Shown: positions 38,311-46,274 of the stretch, one piece after another | Position numbering within the stretch: position 1 is the stretch's first letter | Layout: every line of letters begins with the position of its first letter | Assembly (NCBI GenBank): GCA_041497895.1 | Contig: JBGQHJ010000003.1 | Span: 1 to 64,000, forward strand | Origin: Candidatus Methylomirabilia bacterium | GTDB taxonomy: Bacteria; Methylomirabilota; Methylomirabilia; Rokubacteriales; CSP1-6 | Length of the DNA: 64,000 nucleotides | Direction: 5' to 3' | Translations under genes and position numbers: made by a program | The notes under the pieces: generated by a model | What the model was told of the DNA's origin: nothing | The model's input: the letters and a program-made list of their open reading frames with translations, nothing else | The model's database searches: none

Positions 38311-39209
38311 GACGCGCCCCGGCGCGGGCGCTCGCCGACCGTGACCCGCAGCTCCACCCGCGCCCCCGCGCGTACCACCAGCGCGCTGACCGCGGTGCCG
38401 ACGCGATCCCCCCCGAGCCGCGCCTGCACGTCCTCCAGGTCGCCGGTGGGCACGCCGTCGAGCGCCACCAGCACGTCGCCCAGCATCAGGCCCGCCCGCG
38501 CCGCCGGACCGTCGGGCTCCACCATCACGACGATGAGCCCGCCGTCGCCGGGCAGGCCGAGCCCGGCGCGGAGCGGCTCGGGCAGCCGCACCGGCTGCAT
38601 GCCGATGCCCAGGTAGCCCCGCGAGACGTGACCCTTCCGGGTGAGCTCGTCGACCACCCGGGCCACCGTCGTCACCGGCAGGGCGAGCCGGCTCTCGCGG
38701 GTGAGGCCGGAGGTGTTCAGCCCGACCACGCGGCCGCCCGCGTCGACCAGCGGCCCGCCCGAGAACCCCGGGTACAGCACGAGGTCGAGCCGGACCAGGC
38801 GGTCGATCTCGCCGCCGCGCCAGGTCCGCCAGCGCGGGCCGAGCGCGCTGATCACACCCCAGCTCGCGCGGGGCCCGTAGCCGAGCGCCAGCACCATGTG
38901 GCCGACGCGGAGCGCGGCGTCGTCGCCGAGCGCGGCGGGGGCGGAGTCGAGGTCCGCGGCGCGCAGCACCGCCAGGTCGGAGCCGGGATCGCGGCCGACG
39001 AGGACGGCGGGACGCGCGCGGCCGTCCGCGGTCTCGACCGTGATGCCGTCCTCGGCCCGAACCGTGTGATCGGCGGTGACCACGATGCCGGGACGCCAGT
39101 GGATGCCGGTGGACGGCAGGCGCCGGCGCGCGTGCACGGCCACGATGGACGGAGCCACGCGCTCCACCGCACCGGCCAGGTCGTTCGAGAGCGAGAGCAA
39201 GGCTTCCAT
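38307..39209 (-). CDS. Trypsin-like (S1C) serine protease with C-terminal PDZ
   Basis: SD GAGGAGG; TADHT, DLAVL and PGFSGG; RGYLGI...AGLMLGD PDZ. Confidence 0.9.
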   Translation of the reverse strand: MEALLSLSNDLAGAVERVAPSIVAVHARRRLPSTGIHWRPGIVVTADHTVRAEDGITVETADGRARPAVLVGRDPGSDLAVLRAADLDSAPAALGDDAALRVGHMVLALGYGPRASWGVISALGPRWRTWRGGEIDRLVRLDLVLYPGFSGGPLVDAGGRVVGLNTSGLTRESRLALPVTTVARVVDELTRKGHVSRGYLGIGMQPVRLPEPLRAGLGLPGDGGLIVVMVEPDGPAARAGLMLGDVLVALDGVPTGDLEDVQARLGGDRVGTAVSALVVRAGARVELRVTVGERPRRGAS

Positions 39210-39271
39210 TCGTATCCTCCTCACGGGTTGAGGTGCGACCCCAGCATGCCGGAGGCGGAACGGGGAGACAT

Positions 39272-39311
39272 CAGCCGAATGGCCAGGTCGGGACCCGGCC
39301 GGATGGCCGGG
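39272..39311. promoter_or_regulatory. Tandem semi-palindromic 16-bp sites; candidate LuxR operators
   Basis: CAGCCGAATGGCCAGG (39272) and CGGCCGGATGGCCGGG (39296), 24 bp apart, upstream of the protease operon. Confidence 0.5.
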
Positions 39312-39315
39312 CGTG

Positions 39316-40461
39316 CTAGCGGGCCACCAGCGCCGGGCCGGGCCGCGCGCCGACCCGGTCGAGGGCCTCGAAGAAGCGCTCGACGTCGTCTCCGTCGCAG
39401 TGCACGTGCGGCGAGACGCGGATGCGCCCCTCGCCGCCCCACACCAGCACGCGCAGGGCGGCGAGCCGCCCGGCGAGCCCGGCCGCGTCGGCGGCCAGGA
39501 AGCACACGTTGCCCGCGCGCTCCGCGGGCGCCTCCGGCGTGAGGACCGTGAAGCCCCGCGAGCGGAGCCCCTCGATCAGCCGGCCGCCCAGACCGACCGC
39601 GTGCCGCTCCACCGCCTCGGCCGCGAGACCCTCGAGTCGCGCGAGCGCGTTGTCGAGCACGGCCAGGCCGAGCAGGCTCGGGTTGCCCGCCTCGAGCCGC
39701 GAGGCATCGGATCGCCAGCGCATCGCGAGCGGATCGCCGGGGCCGCCGCGGTGGCCGACGCTGTGCCAGCCCACGGTGGCGGGCACCAGCTCCCCGACGC
39801 GCCGGGCGCAGTAGCCGAAGAGGCCCACGCCGTGGGTGGCGAGCAGCCACTTGTAGCAGGCCGACACCACGAAGTCGCACACGCCGCCCGGCACCGGCAC
39901 CACCCCGGCCGCGTGGGTGGCGTCGACGGCCAGGCGCGCGCCGACCGTGTGGGCGATGTCGGCGCAGCGGGCCAGATCGAGCCGCTGCCCGGTGAGGTAG
40001 CTCACCTGGCTCACCAGCACCAGGCGCGTCCGCCGGTCGACCTGCGCCGCGAGATCGTCGAGCGAGAGGTAGTGATCGCGCGTGCGGACCACGCGCGGCT
40101 CCACCCCGCGCTCGCGCAGCACCGCGGCCGGGTAGATGAGCGACGGGTACTCGAGATCGGCGAACACCACGTTGTCGCCGGCGCCCCATTCCACCGAGCG
40201 CACCGCCTGGTTCAGCCCTTCGGAGGCGTGGGCGAGGAAGGCGACCTCGGCGGTCTCCACCCCCAGGATCCGGGCCGCGCGGGCCCGGGCCCGCTCCCCG
40301 GTCACGAACATCTCCTCGCGGCCCGCCATGCCGGCGCTCTTGAGCGCGCCGAAGCGCGCGCAGGCCTCCGTGTGCGAGGCGAGCCACGGGGCCTCGCCCC
40401 CGGTGCAGAGGTGCGCCACCCCGTCCAGCCCGACGAACTCCCGCTTGTCGATGAGCGCCAC
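39316..40461 (-). CDS. Class V PLP-dependent aminotransferase/cysteine desulfurase-like enzyme
   Basis: SD then GTG 40461; DLEYPS, SQVSYLTG, VDATHAAG, SACYKWL and IRVSPH. Confidence 0.9.
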   Translation of the reverse strand: MALIDKREFVGLDGVAHLCTGGEAPWLASHTEACARFGALKSAGMAGREEMFVTGERARARAARILGVETAEVAFLAHASEGLNQAVRSVEWGAGDNVVFADLEYPSLIYPAAVLRERGVEPRVVRTRDHYLSLDDLAAQVDRRTRLVLVSQVSYLTGQRLDLARCADIAHTVGARLAVDATHAAGVVPVPGGVCDFVVSACYKWLLATHGVGLFGYCARRVGELVPATVGWHSVGHRGGPGDPLAMRWRSDASRLEAGNPSLLGLAVLDNALARLEGLAAEAVERHAVGLGGRLIEGLRSRGFTVLTPEAPAERAGNVCFLAADAAGLAGRLAALRVLVWGGEGRIRVSPHVHCDGDDVERFFEALDRVGARPGPALVAR

Positions 40462-40643
40462 GGTGATCCTCCTCGAGCGACCCGGGTAGCCTAGCATCCA
40501 CGGCGGCACCGGACTACCCGGTAAGCCTTACCATCGCTCGCGCGGGGCACACGGCGAGAGGCCACGCGCGCACGGAAACCGGTGGATTCTCGCGCCTCGC
40601 GCCGGTCCGGGCGGTGGCATCCGGCTTGCGCGCGCAGTGGGCG

Positions 40644-41249
40644 ATGCCGAGCGCATCGCAACGGTCGAAGACGACCTGGAGTCCCTGGGCGCGAGAGTAC
40701 GCGCGGCACTCCCGAGCGCTACGTGTTCGGCACCGCTCCGTCGGACTTCGCGCTCGAGGTCGCCCGGCTCGTACGGCCGGGCGACTACGTACTCGACCTG
40801 GGCTGCGGCGAGGGCCGCGACAGCGTCTTCTTTGCCGAGCGCGGGGCGGTGGTGTTCGGGGTGGATCTCTCGGACGCCGGCCTCGACAAGGCCCGGCTCC
40901 TGGCCCGGCGTCGCGGCGCCCGCGTCCGCTGGGTGCATGGCCCGGTGACGGGTCTGCTGCCGGCCGGTCCCTTCGACCTGATCTTCTCCTGCGGCAGCCT
41001 GCACTACGGCCGGGCGGCCACCACGCCCACCTGGTGTTCACCGACCGGCTGGTGCACGAGGAGAAGGGAGAGATCGTGGAGTACTACAACGCGGGCGAGC
41101 TACGCGAGACGTTCGTGGACTGGCAGATCCTGAAGCGCGCCGACCACGTCATCAGCTGCGCGCAGGACGGGAGCGTGCACGGCCACGCGGTGGAGGAGAT
41201 CGTCGCCGCGCGGCCGGTGGGGCCAGCGCCCTGGCCGTCCGAGACGTGA
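40644..41249 (+). pseudogene. SAM-dependent methyltransferase (TehB-like) with two frameshifts
   Basis: WAREYAR / TPERYVFG...LDLGCGEGRD...SLHY / RPGGHHAHLVF lie in alternating frames (shifts near 40707 and 41007). Confidence 0.75.
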
Positions 41250-43089
41250 TCGCCTGATCCACCGAGAAGAAGTCGGCCCACGGGTCCTTGCGGCTCGAGG
41301 CCAGCCGGCCCGGCACGGTCTGCACCGTGAAGTCCGCAGGCCGCGCGGGGCCCTCGAGCTCGCCCCAGCCCAGCGGGGTCGAGACCGGCGCGCCGGGGCG
41401 CGCGCGCGGCGAGTAGACCGCGACTGCGGTCGCGCCGCGGACGTTCCGGAGATAGTCGACGAAGACCCGCCCGCGCCGCGCCGCCTTCAGCGGATTGATC
41501 GTGTAGCGATCGGGAGCCCGCCGCACCAGCTCGGCCCCGATGCCCTCCCCGAGCGCGTGGAGCGCGTCCCAGCCCGCCTCCGGTCGGAGCGGCACCACGA
41601 CGTGCAGGCCCTTGCCTCCGGTGGTCTTGACGAAGCCCACGAGGTCGAGCCCGGCGAGCACCTCGCGGATGGCCAGCGCGCCCTCGACGACTCGCGACCA
41701 CGGTACCCCCGGCGCCGGATCCAGGTCGAGCACGAGCCGATCGGGCCGCTCGATCCGGCCCACCCGCGCGCCCCACGGGTGGATCTCGAGCACGCCGATC
41801 TGGGCGAGCGCGACCAGGCCGGGCAGGTCGTCCACGTAGGGATAGGCCGCGGTGGCACCGCCCCGCTCGCGGATCCGCACGCGCTTGACCTCCGCGGGAA
41901 CGCCCGGGCCCGCGTGCTTCTGGTAGAAGCACTGCCCGCCCGCGCCTTCCGGACAGCGCACCAGGCTGAGCGGCCGGTCGGCCACGTGAGGCACGATGAA
42001 GTCCGCGACCGCCTCGTAGTAGCGCGCGAGCCCGAGCTTGGTGATGGCCTGCTCCCGGTAGAGCACGCGATCGGGATGGGTCAGGTGGACGCCGGCCACC
42101 GCCACGTCCGCGCCGCTACCGCCCGCGATGCGGCGGGCCGGCGCCGCGCGGGGCGCCTCGCGCACGACCTGGGCGGCGGGCTTGTCCTCGCGCAGGCCCG
42201 CGAAAGCCGGGTGGCGCAGGAGCCCGTCGCGCGTCCACTCGGTGAACGCCACCTCGCCCACCAGCACTGGCTTGACCCAGTGGGCGCCGCGCGCGGGCGG
42301 CCGCGGACCGTCGGCCGAGAAGGGCGAGGCGCGCTGCTCGAGCCGGCGCAGCCGTCGGCCAAGCACCTCGAGGGCGGCCTGGGTGAAGCCGGTGCCGACG
42401 CGGCCCGCGTAGACGAGACGGCCGTCGCGATCGTGCACGCCCAGCAGCAGCGAGCCGAGCTCGGCGCGAGCGCCCTCCGGATCGGTGTAGCCGCCGATCA
42501 CGAACTCCTGCCGCGCCACGCACTTGACCTTCAGCCATGCTTGCCCACGCCCGGAGGTGTAGACCGCGTCCTTCCGCTTCGACACGATGCCCTCGAGGCC
42601 CATGCCGCAGGCCCGCTCGTAGACTTCCGCCCCCGGCGCGTCGAAGTGCTCGGAGTAGCGGATCCGGCCGCGCCGGCCGCGGAGGAGCCGCGCGAGCGCC
42701 TTCTTCCGCTCGATCAGCGGCTGGCTCCGGAGATCCCGGCCGTCGAGGAACAGGAGATCGAAGGCCACGTAGGCCAGGCTCCGCCCCTTCTCACCCGCGG
42801 CACCCTGCTGGAGCGCCTCGAAGGAGGAGACGCCGGCCCGGTCCAGGGCCACGATCTCGCCGTCGAGGATCGCCTCCTTCGCCGGGAGCGCGGCCACCGC
42901 CTCGGCCACCGCGGGGAAGCGCTCGGTCCAGTCCTGGCGGTTGCGCGTGAGGAGGCGGGCGCGGCCCCGCTCGATCCGGGCCAGGATGCGGTAGCCGTCG
43001 AGCTTGATCTCGTGGACCCATTCGCCGCCGGCGGGTGCGGTCGCCACCAGCGTGGCGAGCTGGGGGGCCACCCAGGCCGGCAGCGTCAT
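41152..43089 (-). CDS. ligD: DNA ligase D (ligase plus primase-polymerase domains)
   Basis: EIKLDGYR, LDGEIV, FDLLF, EGIVSK and WLKVK; LTHPDRVLY, DLDP, KTTGGKGLH and DYLRN. Confidence 0.95.
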   Translation of the reverse strand: MTLPAWVAPQLATLVATAPAGGEWVHEIKLDGYRILARIERGRARLLTRNRQDWTERFPAVAEAVAALPAKEAILDGEIVALDRAGVSSFEALQQGAAGEKGRSLAYVAFDLLFLDGRDLRSQPLIERKKALARLLRGRRGRIRYSEHFDAPGAEVYERACGMGLEGIVSKRKDAVYTSGRGQAWLKVKCVARQEFVIGGYTDPEGARAELGSLLLGVHDRDGRLVYAGRVGTGFTQAALEVLGRRLRRLEQRASPFSADGPRPPARGAHWVKPVLVGEVAFTEWTRDGLLRHPAFAGLREDKPAAQVVREAPRAAPARRIAGGSGADVAVAGVHLTHPDRVLYREQAITKLGLARYYEAVADFIVPHVADRPLSLVRCPEGAGGQCFYQKHAGPGVPAEVKRVRIRERGGATAAYPYVDDLPGLVALAQIGVLEIHPWGARVGRIERPDRLVLDLDPAPGVPWSRVVEGALAIREVLAGLDLVGFVKTTGGKGLHVVVPLRPEAGWDALHALGEGIGAELVRRAPDRYTINPLKAARRGRVFVDYLRNVRGATAVAVYSPRARPGAPVSTPLGWGELEGPARPADFTVQTVPGRLASSRKDPWADFFSVDQAITSRTARALAPPAARRRSPPPRGRARSRPARS

Positions 43090-43625
43090 CGCGCGCGCGT
43101 GCGGGGCCGAGCGGGCGCGGCGCGCTCGTCCGCGTCACGATCCTTGTCGCGCTCCTTGATGAGGAGCCAGTTCTCCTTGCCGCGCGGCTCGGCGTCGCGC
43201 GGGCGCATCCGCACCAGCGCCCAGCCGCCGCGCAGCCGCCGGCCGTGCAGGACGAACTTCAGCGAGCCCTTGCGGTAGCCGGCGTGCGGATCGCCGACCG
43301 GCTCCCACCAGCCGCGGTCCCAGATCTCCACCCGGCCCGCGCCGTAGTGGCCCTCCGGGATCACCCCGTGGAAGCCGCCGTACTCGAGCGGATGGTCCTC
43401 GACGTGGACCGCGAGCCGCTTCTCCCCCACCACCGCCTTCGGCTCCTTGGGCACCGCCCAGCTCTTGAGCACGCCGTCCAGCTCGAGGCGGAAGTCGTAG
43501 TGCAGGCGGGTGGCCGCGTGGCGCTGGATCACGAAGGACAGGCGCGCCACGGGCTTCCGCGTCCGCCCGCGCGGCTCGGGCGTGTGCGCGAAGTCGCGCT
43601 TCCGGCGGTACGTGGCGAGGCTCAC
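43086..43625 (-). CDS. Stand-alone LigD 3'-phosphoesterase domain
   Basis: YRRKRDFAHTPEP, FVIQRHAATRLHYDFRLE, SWAVPK, VEDHPLEY and NWLLIK. Confidence 0.93.
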   Translation of the reverse strand: MSLATYRRKRDFAHTPEPRGRTRKPVARLSFVIQRHAATRLHYDFRLELDGVLKSWAVPKEPKAVVGEKRLAVHVEDHPLEYGGFHGVIPEGHYGAGRVEIWDRGWWEPVGDPHAGYRKGSLKFVLHGRRLRGGWALVRMRPRDAEPRGKENWLLIKERDKDRDADERAAPARPRTRAR

Positions 43626-43627
43626 GC

Positions 43628-44482
43628 TCAGGCGGTCTTCCGGCGCCGGTGCCGGCGCGGCACCTCGGCCGGCTTGCTCCGGCCGCGCGCGCTCTTGCCG
43701 GCGAGGCTTTTCTGGAGCAGGTCGGCGATGTCGATCACGTCGGCGCGCGGGCGGCGGGCCGGCTCCTCCTGCGCCTCCGGGGCCGCGGCGAGCTTTCCGG
43801 CGCGACCGCGCTTCCTGATGAACGCCATCAGCTCGTCGCGGTACTCGTCGCGGTAGCGCTCGGGCTTCCAGGGCTCGGTCATCTCGTCGATCAGCCGCTC
43901 GGCCATCTTGATCTCGCGCTCCGAGATCCCCTTGAGCCCGGGGCCGGGGACGCGGAGACGCCCCGGGTCGCGCAGCTCCGCGGCGTAGCGGAGCAGGTCC
44001 AGCACCAGCACCCCGTCCTGCACGAGGATGGCGGCCAGGTGCTGCCGGGTCTTCACCACCACCGTCGCGACCGCGACGCGGCCGCTGCGCCGCAGCGCCT
44101 CCCGGAACAGCGCGTACCCTCGCTCTCCCCCGCGCGCCGGCTCGAGATAGTACGGCCGGTCGAAGTGGATCGGCGGGATCTCCGCCGCGTCCACGAAGGA
44201 GAGCACGTCGATGCGCTGGGTGCGCTCGGGGCTCGCCCGCCGCAGGTCGGCGTCGCTCAGCACGACGTAGCGTCCGTCCTGGTACTCGAAACCGCGCACG
44301 ATCCGATCCGCGGGCACCGGCTTTCCGGTCCGCTTGCTGATCTTCTGGTAGCCGATCGGCGAATCGTCCCGCCGATCGAGCAGGGTGAAGTCCAGCTCCT
44401 CACGCACCTCCGCGGTCACCAATGAGACCGGGATGGTGACGAGCCCGAAGCTGATGCTGCCCGTCCACAGGGTGGAAGCCAT
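43628..44482 (-). CDS. ku: Non-homologous end-joining protein Ku
   Basis: WTGSISFGLVTIPV, FDRPYYL, YRDEYR and VIDIADLLQKSL; basic C-terminal tail. Confidence 0.96.
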   Translation of the reverse strand: MASTLWTGSISFGLVTIPVSLVTAEVREELDFTLLDRRDDSPIGYQKISKRTGKPVPADRIVRGFEYQDGRYVVLSDADLRRASPERTQRIDVLSFVDAAEIPPIHFDRPYYLEPARGGERGYALFREALRRSGRVAVATVVVKTRQHLAAILVQDGVLVLDLLRYAAELRDPGRLRVPGPGLKGISEREIKMAERLIDEMTEPWKPERYRDEYRDELMAFIRKRGRAGKLAAAPEAQEEPARRPRADVIDIADLLQKSLAGKSARGRSKPAEVPRRHRRRKTA

Positions 44483-44496
44483 GCTCGAGGCGAAGG

Positions 44497-44940
44497 CTAC
44501 GCCGGCACCGCGGGCGCGTCAACCGCGTCGGCCCACGCCGGCCGCACCCGCATGCGCGCGAGCACCGCGAGCACCCGGCTCGGGCTCCCGAGGTCGCACC
44601 ACGTCACGCGGGGCAGGCTCGAGACCGCCAGACCCTCCGGGTGTGGCTCGAGCACCGCGCGCGCAAAGCTCGCGCGGGTCATGAGCGCATAGGCCTGGTG
44701 CAGCGCGGCCGGCTCCTCATCCGAGTCCCCGAACGCGGATACCCGGTCGAGACGGGCGCTCATCTCGGGCAGCGCCCGCTCGCCGAGCGCGACCAGGCCG
44801 GGAGCCCGCGCCACCATGACCGCGGTGTTCCAGAGGCAGCCGGTGGCGAGGCCGAGCTGCGCGCGGGGCTCCGAGGGCTTCTCCCAGAACTCGCGCACCG
44901 CGCGGAGGACGCCGTCGGGACCATCGATCGGTGCGCCGGG
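44497..44940 (-). pseudogene. C-terminal fragment of a mannose-1-phosphate guanylyltransferase-like sugar nucleotidyltransferase
   Basis: PGAPI...FWEKP, GCLWNTAVMV and TWCDLGS; N-terminal GGxGxR motif missing. Confidence 0.75.
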
Positions 44941-45160
44941 CGTGGTTGCCCAGCACCGCCAGCTTCAGCATCCTGGTCGCGGCAAGCTCCCTGGCGAGCA
45001 CGCGGGCCTGCTCGAGCGTTCCGCAATCGGTGAGCTCGCCACAGAGCGCGAGCACGTCCGCGCTCTCCGCGATCTTGCCGAAGAGGGGCTGGAACACACC
45101 CTCGGAGGCGCGGGTGCAGTGAAGGTCCCCGACGGCGGCGACCCGGAGCGATCGAGCCAT
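44941..45160 (-). pseudogene. N-terminal fragment of a calcineurin-like metallophosphoesterase
   Basis: AAVGDLH, LCGELTD (GD changed to GE) and AVLGNH, then an abrupt junction. Confidence 0.75.
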
Positions 45161-45424
45161 TGGGCGACTGGATCGTGCAACCGCCATGCCCGCCCCACAA
45201 CACCCGCTCCGGCGGTGGATAGGCCTGGGTTCGACTCGAGTAGTCCGCCGGGCGGAACCTCTTACCGGGTACTTTCACCGCACGCGGTACCGCAGGTAAT
45301 CCCGACCCGGTAGCGCCGACGGCCCGGCGCGCGGGACCGATCGGAGTAGAACGCAGCCTCAACCGCGATCGTGCCCTCCGCGATGGCAGTGCGCTTGCAC
45401 CCATCTTGGTCCATGCTCTGGTCC

Positions 45425-46240
45425 ATGCCCACGCGCCCACGTCCCTCGGCGATGTCCGCCGCGATGCTCGCGCTCGTGCTGCTCGGCACCGGAGCCGCCA
45501 CCGCGAACGCGGCGCCGGTCACGGTTCGCTATCTGGAGGGCGTCACCCACGGATTCCTGGTGCTGCGCAACGCGGGCGGCGAGACCCTCGCGGAGGGCGA
45601 TCTCCTGCAGGTCGTCCGGCCACACGGCGTGGACTCGCGTCTGGTGTTCCGGTTCCGCGACGGCTCGCTCTACGACGAGACGGTGGTCTTCACGCAGCAG
45701 AAGGTGTTCACCCTCGTGAGCTACCACCTCGTCCAGCGCGGACCCACCTTCCCCGAGGAGCTCGAGGTCACCCTCGAACGGAAGGGGAGCCGCTATCAGG
45801 TACGGTCGCGGCGCGAGGGCGGCGAGGCGGAGACCGCATCGGGCAAGGTCGAGCTACCACCCGATCTGTACAACGGCATGATGATCATGCTCCTCCGCAA
45901 CCTGGATCGGAGCGCGGCCGCGACGGTGCACGTGCTCGCCTTCACGCCGAAGCCCATTCTCGTGCAGCTCGAGATGGTCCCGGCGGGCGAGGAGACCGTG
46001 CTGGGCGGCGATCGCCGGCTCCAGGCCACCCACTACGTCTTGACCCCGAAGCTCGGGCTGCTCCGTGGCGCGGCGGCGGCCGTGCTCGGCAAGACGCCAG
46101 CCGACTACCACTGCTGGATCGTGACCGCGGGGGCACCTGCCTTCATCGCCATCGACGGGCCGCTCTACACCGGAGGGCCAATCTGGCGCATCGAGACCGT
46201 GAGCCCCCGCGGGCCGGCCCGCCCCGCGGCGACTCGCTGA
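45425..46240 (+). CDS. Exported hypothetical protein
   Basis: Signal peptide; VRYLEGVTHGFLVL, FRDGSLYDET, PPDLYNG and GPLYTGGPIWRIE; start position uncertain. Confidence 0.78.
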   Translation: MPTRPRPSAMSAAMLALVLLGTGAATANAAPVTVRYLEGVTHGFLVLRNAGGETLAEGDLLQVVRPHGVDSRLVFRFRDGSLYDETVVFTQQKVFTLVSYHLVQRGPTFPEELEVTLERKGSRYQVRSRREGGEAETASGKVELPPDLYNGMMIMLLRNLDRSAAATVHVLAFTPKPILVQLEMVPAGEETVLGGDRRLQATHYVLTPKLGLLRGAAAAVLGKTPADYHCWIVTAGAPAFIAIDGPLYTGGPIWRIETVSPRGPARPAATR

Positions 46241-46274
46241 GGGCGCGGACGAGCGCGACGAGGTCGGGCCGCGC

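Noticed and set aside
45228..45237. Intact tRNA gene
   Set aside because: Only a T-loop-like decamer; no acceptor, D or anticodon arms at correct spacing
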